The position numbers and the translations under genes are program-made. A stretch of DNA of 64,000 nt, taken from Epithemia pelagica (lineage: Eukaryota > Protista > Bacillariophyta). This document shows, one piece after another, positions 44,935 to 55,895 of the stretch. The notes under the pieces are model-generated. The model searched no databases. It was not told the DNA's origin and saw nothing but the letters and a program-made list of their open reading frames with translations. Every line of letters starts with the position of its first letter. Within the stretch, counting starts at the first letter, position 1. Location of the stretch: positions 3,100,001-3,164,000 of the forward strand of contig OX337238.1 of NCBI GenBank assembly GCA_946965045.2. Reading direction: 5' to 3'.

Positions 44935-45666
44935 TGACCATGTTGATCAACATGTAAAATGACAGCAGCACCAAGAACCGATGAATCGATAACCTAAGTA
45001 AGAAGGACACATTGAACACGAAGCAAAAGACGACAATAGTTCAAAATGTGAAATGTTTTTGCTAAAATTCGTTGCATGCTGCTCTAGGATGCCGTACATC
45101 AGAGGTTGTCGATTCTCGTTGCATGGAAACTTTTCACCCATGAGAACCAACACACGACGTTATAGCCAACAGTTTTTGTGCACAATGAACACGACAATGC
45201 CATTCGACAAGGTACCCGGGAAGCTCCCCAACCACGTTTCTTTCCCCATTACTGGCATTATTTGAAAGTGGAAGGAACACGAGATTCGAACTGTGGTCCC
45301 GCAGCTCTCTGTCACGGTTCATGCCTCCACCACACGGTTGTCCTTGTCGCTGCTCCATGTGGAACGGCCACTGCTGTTCTCCAAGACAAAATCGCTGCTG
45401 TTGCTTCCGACAACGTCCTCTGTCGGGGCAACGCTTTGACATGTCGATGAGTGGTTGTTGATGTCATTTCTTTTGTGGTAACCCGGCTTTTGGATGGAGT
45501 CACGAAAACATCTTCTTATCAAGTCCCGGAACTGAAGCTTGAACGCTGTGGTAGAGTAGTTATTAGAAAAATTCCATTATTCCCCTGGAAGCCTATCTAG
45601 CTAGCTCCAAGTATCTATGGTCCAGTGAAAAAAAGAGATACTATGGAACAACCAAACAACTCTTGT

Positions 45667-48036
45667 CTATTTCCTGTCATGGTCATCATCATCGTCGTCG
45701 TCCTCTTCTAGATCGTCATCGTCGTCGTAATAATCATCGTCCCAATCGTCCTCCAAGGTGGACGCCATGGATCTCATCCACTCCTCATCGTCATCTTCCT
45801 CCAAGTCTTTCATCCAGGCCAGTGTGAGGTATTCTCGATAGGCCACGGTATAGGCCAAGGGTCGAAAATCGACATTGCCCACAATGACCGGTTCCGCAAT
45901 GTCGGGATAGTCCTCGTACCGATCCCATTCACTACTGTTGCCAAAATAATAGTCGTCGTCATCCTCATAGTACTGTGAAAAAGAATGCTGTTGCTGTTTC
46001 TTGGCGCTTGGTTCGTCCCACAAGGGAGACGAGAGTGTCGTACTCGTCATACTGCTCGTAGTACTACCACTGGATCGTTGTGTGGGAATGCCCCATTCGG
46101 ACGTATTACTGCGGGCAAATTCGATGCGACTACGACTTTTGGTCGTCGTGGTGGTCTTGTTGTTGTTGTTACTTTCCCAAGTCTTGCTGTTGGTGTCGGT
46201 TTCGGAGTTGCTGTGGTTGCTCGTATTCGTTTCGTATGTGTCGTCCTCGTCCTCGGGCAATCCACTGGGCAATCGGCAAAAGAGCAGAATATCCGAGGCC
46301 AATTCCTTGGCTCGTACTTGATGCAACTCGCGCGTCAAGAGTGATTCGGCCAAAATGTTGAGGGGCGGAATGGTGCGTCGTTCGGATGGTTGGGATGATT
46401 GTGGTAGTTGCTGTTGAGTGGTCGACGACGACGACACCAAGGACGGAATTTGTTGGTGTGATTGTGGCACTTGTTGTTGTTGTTGCAAGAGGCGGGACAT
46501 TAAAAGGGCCTGAGAGGCGGGGGACTGAGGATCGACTTGATCCCACAAGAGCATGTCGTATAGCAATTGTTCCATGGGGCTGCGGTCAAGAGAGGGAATC
46601 AGGGTCGACCGGCCCAACTCATCCAACATGCGAATCAAGGAAGGTTCCAACCAGGCGACAATCCATGCCGCTTGGAGACCCAGGGATGGCATGGAGGACG
46701 ACTTGCGACCCTTTTTCTTGTGGTTCGGTTTGTGGGTCGACGAGGACAGTTCCTGACGAACGACGGCGCGCAATCGCAACAGCAGAGAGAGGGTGGCATT
46801 GCACGATAAATGGGTAATGCCGAGCACCGATCGCGCTCCTTGCAAGACCCGTGCCACTTGATCCACGACACGGGCACGAGTTTGTGGATGGTCCTCCAAG
46901 GCCTGCTTCCACCACTGGTCCAATCGTGGTTCCAACCACTCGGCGGCCATTTCGTGACTGGTTGATGTCGATTCTTGCGTCGTGGCATACTGCGTTAAGT
47001 CCACGACGACCTGGACCGGATCCACGCGTTGCAACTGCGTCGCATAGAGGGCGACGTGATCCAAGACGGTATGGTAGAGGGGCAAGTGCAAGGGCAAATC
47101 CAGCGTGTGGGCCCGTTGAATCACCTCGAGCAAGTCTTCCAACAAGCCCACCGCTGCTTTGTGATTGTTGGTTTGGTGGTGGTGGTCGCGTTGTTGTTGT
47201 TTCGTCGTCGTCCTTGTGGGAATCAAGGACAGACCCCACGTGACAATGGAGATAAAGGTGCGATGGACCTTGGCGACGCGAACCGGATCATCTTGTTGTC
47301 GAATGGCATCGGCCAAGGATTGGATACTGGAAATGCGCACCAAGGCCTGAGCCGCCTTTTGCGCTTCTTGAATCGCATACTGTTCGTGAGGATGATTGGG
47401 TGCAGGTTGTGGTTTCTGGGGCTTTTTCTTCTTGTCATTGTTGTTGTTGTTGTCCTTGTGAAAAGAGGACCGTGGTTGGTGTTTTACTGGTTTGGTGGTG
47501 GTCGTCGGTTCGAGTTTGCGGCCGCGTGGTTTGTTCTTGGTGTGTTGTTGTTGTTCCTGTGATGCCTTGGTCCGTCGTCGTGACACGAGCATGGATGTGG
47601 ATGTGGTGGTTGTGGAGGATGACAATGACGACGTTCGTTGTTCGACCATCCATTGCGACAAGCGATCCGCTTCTTCGGCCGCTCGCGACAAGGCCTTGGA
47701 GTGGGCTCGACTGCTACTACTACTATTACTGGGACCCTTGTTGTCGTTCGATGAAGTATGAGTAGTCGTTGTGGTGGTGGTATCCGATCCCAGCGTACTA
47801 AAATAATACAACTGTGGTTGTCGTAGCGGATGTAAAAGTGACATTCTCCCTCCACCAAGAGTTCTCCCTTGTCGAGAGTCTTGGTTGTTGTTGTTGTTGT
47901 TCGTCATGGAAGAAGCAGATAACAAAGTGATTGTCCCCAAATTTCTTGTTGCATAATTCGGGAGGGCCCTGCGAGGACGACCACCAGCAGGACGACACGA
48001 GCGGGTCATTGGGAGCATTCGTCGTGGACACAACAT
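45667..48036 (-). CDS. 789-aa hypothetical protein (basic Ser/Arg-rich N-terminus, helical core, acidic tail)
   Basis: Long ATG-initiated ORF; no domain recognised. The N-terminus could be a mitochondrial presequence (weak inference). Confidence 0.6.
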   Translation of the reverse strand: MLCPRRMLPMTRSCRPAGGRPRRALPNYATRNLGTITLLSASSMTNNNNNNQDSRQGRTLGGGRMSLLHPLRQPQLYYFSTLGSDTTTTTTTHTSSNDNKGPSNSSSSSRAHSKALSRAAEEADRLSQWMVEQRTSSLSSSTTTTSTSMLVSRRRTKASQEQQQHTKNKPRGRKLEPTTTTKPVKHQPRSSFHKDNNNNNDKKKKPQKPQPAPNHPHEQYAIQEAQKAAQALVRISSIQSLADAIRQQDDPVRVAKVHRTFISIVTWGLSLIPTRTTTKQQQRDHHHQTNNHKAAVGLLEDLLEVIQRAHTLDLPLHLPLYHTVLDHVALYATQLQRVDPVQVVVDLTQYATTQESTSTSHEMAAEWLEPRLDQWWKQALEDHPQTRARVVDQVARVLQGARSVLGITHLSCNATLSLLLRLRAVVRQELSSSTHKPNHKKKGRKSSSMPSLGLQAAWIVAWLEPSLIRMLDELGRSTLIPSLDRSPMEQLLYDMLLWDQVDPQSPASQALLMSRLLQQQQQVPQSHQQIPSLVSSSSTTQQQLPQSSQPSERRTIPPLNILAESLLTRELHQVRAKELASDILLFCRLPSGLPEDEDDTYETNTSNHSNSETDTNSKTWESNNNNKTTTTTKSRSRIEFARSNTSEWGIPTQRSSGSTTSSMTSTTLSSPLWDEPSAKKQQQHSFSQYYEDDDDYYFGNSSEWDRYEDYPDIAEPVIVGNVDFRPLAYTVAYREYLTLAWMKDLEEDDDEEWMRSMASTLEDDWDDDYYDDDDDLEEDDDDDDDHDRK

Positions 48037-48859
48037 GATGGTGAAGGATGGTTGCAGTTCAACGGTTGCGACGACAAGAGTGGCAGTCCCTGTGGGGTAC
48101 GCGTGAGTTGTATAGGTAGTCGTTCTTTCTCTCTACTACTTGTTCTTGTGTCGTTGTGTAGTTGTTTGGTTGTTTGTTTGTTTGGTTCAACTGTTTGTTT
48201 GTGTCTGTTTGGGTAGCTGTCATTGACGTTGATGGCATTCTGTCGTCGTCTGTGAATCTTTTTTCGGCCGAATTCTCTCCTCCTTCGAAAAGGAGATACG
48301 TACTCGCTCTGCCGTCGTGCGTCATTGTTCGAACAAGAGATTCTCTGGGACTCCTAGCTACCTCTCTAGCTCTAGAGAGGGAGAGGAAAGAGACAGCCAT
48401 AGAACGATCGAATGCCCGCAGGCGCTGGGACCGCCCCTCCTATCCAGTCGCGCGATATCCGAAACAAACTACCTACCCGTCTCTACTATCGTACCTACTA
48501 GAGTACCTAGGTACTCCTCTACGATGACAACGACACGTAGAGTCACGGGAGAGAGAAAGGACCACGTTCGAAAACACACACACACACACACGGTCCTCCC
48601 ACACTTGCAGGACCATCCTTGGCCTGGCCGATGGAGAATTTCTCACCTGGAGGAGGAGGAGGACCAAGAAGATCATCCGAACAAGGAGATGTTTTGAGGA
48701 ACTGGATCGTTGTATGGAGGAGCTAGGAGTAGCTACTATTACTAGGTTACCCTCAGTTCCGGGACTGGATAAAAGGTCATGAGAATTCGTGACTGTACTA
48801 TGTCAAGATCTTCGGCTTTCACTTGTAAATCTCGATTCAACGCACAGAGACCCAAACAC

Positions 48860-49164
48860 TAGAGGTTGGACCCTCGAGCTCAAATCGATGCGGGTAGGTT
48901 ACCCGCGCATCCCAGCCATTGCGGCTCCAAGTACCCGCGTGTTCCGCAGTTCCGCACTACTATGGGATTTTATGTACTCTGCACAAATGTGACGTACGGG
49001 CGGTCAGACCTAGAGAGGACCAAATCGCTGCACCCCGCCTTTACTGTGCGTAGGTGCGAGTAGTGCGGATCGGAACCGCCAGTCTCTTTCGTTGCGGTGC
49101 CAGGGATCAGCACCGCGGATCCGCGGATCTGATTCGCAGCACCGCGGTGCGGGTCCAACCTCTT
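48860..49164. mobile_element. hAT-type MITE, 305 bp
   Basis: 14-bp TIRs TAGAGGTTGGACCC / GGGTCCAACCTCTT (one terminal mismatch). 8-bp TSD CCAAACAC at 48852-48859 and 49165-49172. No ORF. Confidence 0.85.
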
Positions 49165-49212
49165 CCAAACACCAAACGGATGGATGACACTGCTCACCTA
49201 CGAAGCGAACGT

Positions 49213-49427
49213 TGCCATACCCATGTAAAATAGCACGGTAAAAAATTGTGATCTTTAGGAATTACGAGGAATTAGGGGGAATGAGGAATCCACAGTGCCA
49301 CGTGCGACGAGAAATGACTGGAGGAGGAACAGCCAGATGGCGGAAGATTCATGTCGCAGTGTCAAGAACGCGAACCGGGAATGGAACGTGGTGACACGTA
49401 TGGCGGGATCCATATAGGGGTACCGCA
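49213..49427 (-). repeat. 3' LTR
   Basis: Identical to 54706-54920. Confidence 0.95.
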
Positions 49428-49440
49428 CTCTACCTCTCCC
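49428..49440 (-). other. Polypurine tract
   Basis: GGGAGAGGTAGAG on the minus strand, abutting the 3' LTR. Confidence 0.8.
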
Positions 49441-49507
49441 TGGTCGGACCTAGGGAGTTCGAGCCGGACAAGAATGGGAAAGCTTGGCGGCCAGCATTAA
49501 AACCCAT

Positions 49508-52500
49508 TTATTCACGAAATGGAACAAGGCGACGAATGTTGATTCGTTCAGTGACGTGGGGACCACGTTGGATAGTCACAGTGCCATTGGAATGGACTTG
49601 TGTAATCCGAAAGGGATTAGGGCTTGTGCGGAGCTCAAGCTTGTCCGGATTCGTGGCGCGGAGCAACACACGATCGTTGACAGCGTAGTCATGAAAGACA
49701 CGAGAACGATTTGCGAGACGAGCGCGTTCATCGACAATCTGTTGTCGTTTCAGACGGACTGTTTCCATGTCCGCGATAATAGGGATGTCGAACAGCATGT
49801 CGCGATGGAACGCAAGGCTGCCGGGAGAATATTTCAAGGCGCCATGAATGGCAGTGCGAGTGGAATACGCAGCAGTCTGCAGAGCAGTATCCACGGCAAG
49901 TGCAGCATTTTGTGCATCTTGTGGTGGTTCATAGTTGGTGATCACACGAAGAGTGTTGCCAACAGTCAAATGTAGTCGCTCGCAAAGAGCATTTGATTGA
50001 GGATTCTTGGCCGTCAACGGCACTGGCTTAATGCCATGGTTTCGAAGCACTTGCGTGAACGCATGTCCAATAAATTCACCGCCTTGATCAAAAAGGCAAC
50101 GAACGGGACGTGGATAGCGTGAGAGCCACGCGTTTTCCAATTGCAGACCCACGTGACGTGCCGTCTTATCATGGATGCGAATGAGTTCGCAGAAGTTAGT
50201 GACATTATCGATAATAGTCAAGGCTTGAAATGTTAATTTCTGCCCATGAACGGTAACGTTCCATGGTCCAATGAGGTCGACAGAGATGTCAGCCCATGGA
50301 TTGCCTCGGACCTCGCGAGGAGGGAGTTCACCGTAATGGCAATGTATGACTTTAGAGCGTTGGCATGTAGCACAACTAGCCACGGCTTGTTCACAATACA
50401 AACCCAAATTAGGATGACTCATGTGCATAGAGATCGTCTCGCGAAGACGTGTAGACCCCAAGTGATTGAGGGACAGGTGATACCAATTGACGGTATGGGC
50501 CAAGAGGCTGTCTGGGATACGAATACGCCATGCGGCATTAGGATTCTGACGATAACAAATCAAGTTGTATTGTGGGTTTTCCGTAGGGAAGGGTTGGAGA
50601 TGGAATCTCTGTGGTTGTTCGGTCAACTTGGCCACAAGAGCGGCATCGTTCTGTTGGTGTTGATGGATCGTTGCGTAATCGACGGGCAATGGTTGATTTG
50701 CGTTGATGGGAGGATGATTGAGGTAGACATCGATCAAATCCTCATCCATGAAGATGGGAGATTCGAAAGCGTCAGGATCACGCGAGTGATGAGAGCGGGG
50801 GTCATCATTAGGGCCATGAGGCACTTGCAACACTGAGTGTTGTCCGCTATGATCATAGAGCGATCGTGGATGCGGCGAGGCATCCGTAGAGGAGGTCGAC
50901 GACGGAGAGACACTCTTCTCCTCCTCTTCAGAGAGAGGGAGACGCGACAATGCGTCGGCGATGACATTGTCCTGGCCAGGGACATAGTGAAAAATAGGGT
51001 TATACTCCTCGAGGAACAACCGCCAACGGAGGACCCGTTGCGAGTTGAGAGTAGCGTAAGTAAGATTTTTATGGTCCGTATGGACGTGCAGTTCGGCACA
51101 GCCGAGAAGCATGGAGCGGAACTCCTTAAGAGTTTCGACAATGGAGAGTAACTCCTTTTCCATAGTAGTGTAGTTGCGTTGAGCAGGGTTTAACTCACGA
51201 GAGTAATAAGCGACGGGAACGTCTTGTTGCATGATTACAGCACCAAGCTGGTAATCAGAGGCGTCCACATAGACATGGAAGGGAAGGTTATGGTCGGGAT
51301 ACCGAAGGAAGGCATCATGTGCGAGCATGGACTTGGCTTTTTCGAAAGCACGTTGATATTGCGGGGACCAAACGAGGGTCTTGTTACCCGTAATGGATGT
51401 GAGGGGAGCAAGAATATGTGATCGTTGCGGATACATGTGGCGATAGAAATTGATCATGCCAATGAAGGAACGAAGTTCTTTCATGGTTTTTGGCGGAGCC
51501 AATGCCAAGATGGCAGAAATCTTCTTTTTCCAGGGCTTGATCCCAGTGGGCGTGAGCCAATGGCCGAGCCATTCCGTTTCTTTAACGGCCCATTCACATT
51601 TGGAAGGGTTGATGGAGAAGTTCTTGTCTTGAAGACGTTGGAGAACTTTGGACAAGATGTCCACGTGTTCTTCCCAAGAATTGGAGAAGATGCCAATGTC
51701 GTCAATATAGACTTCGACATGGTCGCTGAAGTCATTGAGGACGTCTTCCATAATCTCTTGACAGAAGTCAGGAGACTGTTTAACACCCATTGGTAAGCGA
51801 CGGTAACGGAATTTGCCAAAAGGCGTAGTAATGACGCAAAGATTGCTGGATTCCTCATCGAGGCGGAATGTGTAAAAACACATGGAGATGTCTAACTTTG
51901 TAAAATACGTGTAGCCTTTCCGTTTACGGAGCATGTCCTCGATACGAGGAAAGGGGTAGACCCGACGGTAGAGTTGGGCGTTCAAAGAACGAAAGTCCGA
52001 AATCATTCGGATACGACCATCCTTTTTGGGAATGGCAAAGTGAGGAGCAGCCCATTCGGTAGAACCGACGCGCTCAAGGATACCAATGTCGACGAAGCGC
52101 CACAGCTCCTTCGTGAAAGTATCATGTATATTGCGGGGCACTGAAAAGTGACGATGATGGACAGGCTGGGCATCAGGCTTGAGATGAAGATGGAGCGTTC
52201 GGTCCGGATATTCACGGAGCTCGCCATCGAAGATTTTGCCACAGTCTTGCCAAATAGCAAGAAGATCTTGCTTTTGGGCATCGGTAAGGTGATGTTGTTT
52301 GTCAATCAGATCTTGTAGATCCGTAGGAACGTAGTTCGAATCCAAGAGGAATTGATCACCAATAATGGGATCGTCGGCAAAGATGTCGATGAAATGAGAC
52401 ATGAATGTCTGGTCAGTGGCAAATGAATCGCGATGGCGCATAGCGACATCAACGGAGTCCCAAGTTGTGAGACCAGTGTGAAAGTTGAGCACAATGCCCA

Positions 52501-54577
52501 AACGACGCAAAAGATCGCGACCAATAATGATGTCATAACGACAAGTGGGGGCATCAAAGATATCGGCCCAAAGGGGGTATGAAATGTGTTTGGTCCGAGA
52601 AAACTCGGGGAGAACCAAATCTTCGAGAAGAATCTCGGAGACGTGGTTGCGTGTACCCATGGTGGTATTGACAGACCGATTGGTTACACGTGGATGCATG
52701 CCGGGCTGAAGACAGCGCGCGTGCAGGATCGTTTTGTCGGCGCCTGAATCGAACAGGGCACGCAACGGGACGGTGTTCTGGACTCCACCAATGGACCGAG
52801 CCATCAAAATGGTGAGGGGAACAGACGGAGGTTCAGAGGGAGCGACCGAAAGGGGACTAGATAAACTAGGAGCGTCAGAGACAGAACTAGATGAGTAGAC
52901 ATCTTCATAGTGATCTAGGTTAGATAAAAAACCATTATTGGGATCAACGATGTCAGCGATGACAGCATCCGTAGGATTAAGACAAGGGGAAGCGACAGTA
53001 TTCGTCGTTGCCTCCAGGGGAGGACAAGTCGTAGATGTGGGCGATGTCCATGTTACGCCCGTAGATCTTGTACAATTGTTCGCGGACCTCGAGAATTGGG
53101 GCCTGAGGATGGCATTCTCGGCCGGCATAGCCTGTGGAGGGCCAGTCTGGATGTGACATTGCTGAGCAAAAAGAACATCAAGATGATGAGAAATATCCGG
53201 AGAGGATGAGGTAAAAAAGGAAGAAGAACACATACCGGGGACCGTTCGATCGGCATTGCGGAGACTTGACCAATCACGGATATCAGTGAGAGGGCGTTGA
53301 CGAGCACGATAAGCCGCGTCTTGCACAGAAGGCAACGGCTCGGCCAACGACGGATCAACCGGTGGATTGTCGCCTGTGCTGGTGCCTTCAGAGGCATGCT
53401 GGTCTGAGCCAGATCCAGAACGACGGGGAACAGCGCCCCAACTGGAACCAATAGGGCGCGATCCTCCAGACAAGGGAGTTCCCTGGCTACGAGAGCCTTG
53501 GCCGTTACGGCCTTGGTTCTGAGAACCATTGTTGGGATGAGACCCAGTAGGGGTACGAAGACCAGACCCGGTACGGGCAAGAAAGGCGTTGAAACGCTCT
53601 TGGTTAAAATTGGAGGACTGCGGGTTGTAGATGCAGTTGGCCCAAGTATGATTGGCGTGCGAAGGAATCGCGTCCTTGTAAGGACAGGCATCACCGTCAT
53701 TGACGGGACGATCACCGGACGCTTGGCGTCCACCATTGGACTGGCGATTGCCGCCGCGGAGACCGCCACGGCCACCATTAGAGGAGCGAAAACGCTTCGT
53801 GGAACCGCGAGAAGTGGAATCATCGCGAGGATTGCGGGACTTGGCCTGGGACTGTGCATTGGCAGCCATCTTTTCTTGGGAGACCTTTTGATAGCCACGC
53901 ATCGCATGAAGAAGGTCGGTGATGTTGAAATGATTCACCAAATCTGCAACCAAGGGATTGGCCGTCTTGAACTCGTTGCGCCAAGCAACAGGGGAGCCGA
54001 GATAGAAGGCTTGCTTCAACTCATCGTCAGTGAGGGCTTGGACAGCGTTGTCGTTAGACAAGTAACGGAGACCGTTGGAAATCTTCTGGAGGGTGTGATA
54101 ATGGATATCCACGTTCATATCAGGTGGCTTGCGAGGACCGCTAAGAAGGTGTGCCCGAAAGGCATTGACTTCGGAAACCGTCAACTTGGGTTCGAAGATC
54201 ATAGCAATCAACCGTTTGAAACACGCCTCATCGAGGTCGACACCATCAGGCAAGGCCTGGAATGCATCATGGAACTTGTCCGCTACGAGACTTGTGGTAA
54301 CACGGGGAAAGTAGGTGCAGCAGGCAGCAAAGGGCTCTGGATGACCGGAGATCTTGACCTTGTCAACAAAATGGAGGACCCACAGGAAGAGATTCGAGGG
54401 CTCTTCATCCACGCCATCTCGGAATGGCAAGAGACGGACGTAGTACTTGTCATCGTCGTCGTCTTTCAACTTGAGGGTGGAAAGAGCAGAGGAAGAATCT
54501 GAAGCCGAGGCTTGATCGAAGCGCTTTTGGAAGCGTTGAACATCCGCAAGGGAGACGAGGGAAGATCCTGTGCTCAT
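49508..54577 (-). CDS. Gag-Pol polyprotein, 1689 aa
   Basis: C/H/H/C knuckle (CPYKDAIPSHANHTWANC), protease LFDSGAD, RT YIDD, RNase H DASDYQLGAV/EKELL, integrase HHCC and DLIGP...DQGGEF...CER. No chromodomain seen. Confidence 0.95.
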   Translation of the reverse strand: MSTGSSLVSLADVQRFQKRFDQASASDSSSALSTLKLKDDDDDKYYVRLLPFRDGVDEEPSNLFLWVLHFVDKVKISGHPEPFAACCTYFPRVTTSLVADKFHDAFQALPDGVDLDEACFKRLIAMIFEPKLTVSEVNAFRAHLLSGPRKPPDMNVDIHYHTLQKISNGLRYLSNDNAVQALTDDELKQAFYLGSPVAWRNEFKTANPLVADLVNHFNITDLLHAMRGYQKVSQEKMAANAQSQAKSRNPRDDSTSRGSTKRFRSSNGGRGGLRGGNRQSNGGRQASGDRPVNDGDACPYKDAIPSHANHTWANCIYNPQSSNFNQERFNAFLARTGSGLRTPTGSHPNNGSQNQGRNGQGSRSQGTPLSGGSRPIGSSWGAVPRRSGSGSDQHASEGTSTGDNPPVDPSLAEPLPSVQDAAYRARQRPLTDIRDWSSLRNADRTVPGMCSSSFFTSSSPDISHHLDVLFAQQCHIQTGPPQAMPAENAILRPQFSRSANNCTRSTGVTWTSPTSTTCPPLEATTNTVASPCLNPTDAVIADIVDPNNGFLSNLDHYEDVYSSSSVSDAPSLSSPLSVAPSEPPSVPLTILMARSIGGVQNTVPLRALFDSGADKTILHARCLQPGMHPRVTNRSVNTTMGTRNHVSEILLEDLVLPEFSRTKHISYPLWADIFDAPTCRYDIIIGRDLLRRLGIVLNFHTGLTTWDSVDVAMRHRDSFATDQTFMSHFIDIFADDPIIGDQFLLDSNYVPTDLQDLIDKQHHLTDAQKQDLLAIWQDCGKIFDGELREYPDRTLHLHLKPDAQPVHHRHFSVPRNIHDTFTKELWRFVDIGILERVGSTEWAAPHFAIPKKDGRIRMISDFRSLNAQLYRRVYPFPRIEDMLRKRKGYTYFTKLDISMCFYTFRLDEESSNLCVITTPFGKFRYRRLPMGVKQSPDFCQEIMEDVLNDFSDHVEVYIDDIGIFSNSWEEHVDILSKVLQRLQDKNFSINPSKCEWAVKETEWLGHWLTPTGIKPWKKKISAILALAPPKTMKELRSFIGMINFYRHMYPQRSHILAPLTSITGNKTLVWSPQYQRAFEKAKSMLAHDAFLRYPDHNLPFHVYVDASDYQLGAVIMQQDVPVAYYSRELNPAQRNYTTMEKELLSIVETLKEFRSMLLGCAELHVHTDHKNLTYATLNSQRVLRWRLFLEEYNPIFHYVPGQDNVIADALSRLPLSEEEEKSVSPSSTSSTDASPHPRSLYDHSGQHSVLQVPHGPNDDPRSHHSRDPDAFESPIFMDEDLIDVYLNHPPINANQPLPVDYATIHQHQQNDAALVAKLTEQPQRFHLQPFPTENPQYNLICYRQNPNAAWRIRIPDSLLAHTVNWYHLSLNHLGSTRLRETISMHMSHPNLGLYCEQAVASCATCQRSKVIHCHYGELPPREVRGNPWADISVDLIGPWNVTVHGQKLTFQALTIIDNVTNFCELIRIHDKTARHVGLQLENAWLSRYPRPVRCLFDQGGEFIGHAFTQVLRNHGIKPVPLTAKNPQSNALCERLHLTVGNTLRVITNYEPPQDAQNAALAVDTALQTAAYSTRTAIHGALKYSPGSLAFHRDMLFDIPIIADMETVRLKRQQIVDERARLANRSRVFHDYAVNDRVLLRATNPDKLELRTSPNPFRITQVHSNGTVTIQRGPHVTERINIRRLVPFRE

Positions 54578-54705
54578 GATGAGACTGCAAAAGAAAGAAA
54601 AGGAAAGGAATCAAAGGATGATAAGATCAACGAGGATCGGCCAAAGAACGGCAGGTGGTTATGGTGAAAGAGTGTTGGGGGAAGTTTTCAAGCTTCTGAT
54701 CAGAA

Positions 54706-54920
54706 TGCCATACCCATGTAAAATAGCACGGTAAAAAATTGTGATCTTTAGGAATTACGAGGAATTAGGGGGAATGAGGAATCCACAGTGCCACGTGCGA
54801 CGAGAAATGACTGGAGGAGGAACAGCCAGATGGCGGAAGATTCATGTCGCAGTGTCAAGAACGCGAACCGGGAATGGAACGTGGTGACACGTATGGCGGG
54901 ATCCATATAGGGGTACCGCA
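54706..54920 (-). repeat. 5' LTR
   Basis: Identical to 49213-49427. Confidence 0.95.
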
Positions 54921-55157
54921 AACGTAGACTACTGCCAAGGAAAAAAGACGATCTTGTAGCAAACAAGCCGCAACGACAACGGCAAGGGTGTCTGTCCGTC
55001 AATCATTTTGGTGATTCTGGCAAGGAAACTTTCATCAGTATCCGACTAATGTGCGACCATTTACCCCTGCTTGGGTTTATCTTATACAATATGGATCTGG
55101 GGGGCTTGCCCCTGAGTTGCTGGGTGCAATCTTCTCACGCGACACAATCCATTCCGC

Positions 55158-55895
55158 GTGAAAGACCGGACCCAAGAATTTGTTCCGATTAACATGGCGG
55201 ACATAAAACGAAACATGATCAAGTTTTTCGCAAAAGAGAATTCTGAATCAACGATCTCCCAAGAAGAGAGCTCGTCGCCAAGAAGGGAACCGCTCCAGAA
55301 AATCAAACACGGCTTGCAGCAGTGTGCTGGGATTGTGCCTCAGGGCATTGAGCTGCGACTGGCAGAACGACATGAAGTGAAACGGCAGCGGGAAGAGGAG
55401 AAACTAAAGAATCTTGATCCAAACGAGGAAGGCAATGCGACAAGCGGCACGTCGGAAAAGTGTTCAAATGCTGCTTCACCCAAACACAAACATGGACCAT
55501 CTCGAACGCCCAATCTTTTGACTTCTAGTCGCGTCGCATCCTCTTCCTTTCAGTCACAAGTATGGATTTTTGCATGGAGCTTGACCTCTGGTCTTTTCAA
55601 CTTTCACATGCCATGGAGCTATCTTGTGGTGGCGATGCTTATCCTTCATCCCTTGTCGACATTTGGCGTAATTGTGGCATTTATTACCATCGCAAGTGTC
55701 CTATTTGCGATATGTGATTTGGTTGTGACTTTCATTGAAGGAAACGATATAAAGGAACTCTCACAAAAATATATTGACTATGGCTTCAAAAAGTGGAGAG
55801 AATTCCGAAGGGGAGAGGGGAGATACTTTGTGCTCATTGTCATTGGAATTATCATGGACCCCAATGCTCAGCGAATGGTAGGAAAGTCCGCCTAG
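55158..55895 (+). CDS. Hypothetical membrane protein, ~245 aa (2-3 hydrophobic segments)
   Basis: Hydrophobic stretches VWIFAWSLT..., WSYLVVAMLIL..., FGVIVAFITIASVLFAI. The ORF call starts at GTG; first ATG is at ~55193. Confidence 0.45.
   Translation: MKDRTQEFVPINMADIKRNMIKFFAKENSESTISQEESSSPRREPLQKIKHGLQQCAGIVPQGIELRLAERHEVKRQREEEKLKNLDPNEEGNATSGTSEKCSNAASPKHKHGPSRTPNLLTSSRVASSSFQSQVWIFAWSLTSGLFNFHMPWSYLVVAMLILHPLSTFGVIVAFITIASVLFAICDLVVTFIEGNDIKELSQKYIDYGFKKWREFRRGEGRYFVLIVIGIIMDPNAQRMVGKSA

Larger units (their letters stand above)
49213..54920 (-). mobile_element. Full-length Ty3/Gypsy LTR retrotransposon
   Basis: Two identical 215-bp TG...CA LTRs, 5-bp TSD AACGT (49208-49212, 54921-54925), single gag-pol ORF with PR-RT-RH-IN order. 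Confidence 0.97.

Noticed and set aside
45498-48794. Helitron or single TIR-element reading of the inverted motif
   Set aside because: No A|T insertion context, no 3' hairpin-CTRR and no TSD; the homology extends outward rather than enclosing the 789-aa gene.
53053-54502. ORFs of 334 aa (+) and 284 aa (-) over the gag region
   Set aside because: Antisense or alternative-frame shadows of gag-pol with no motifs.
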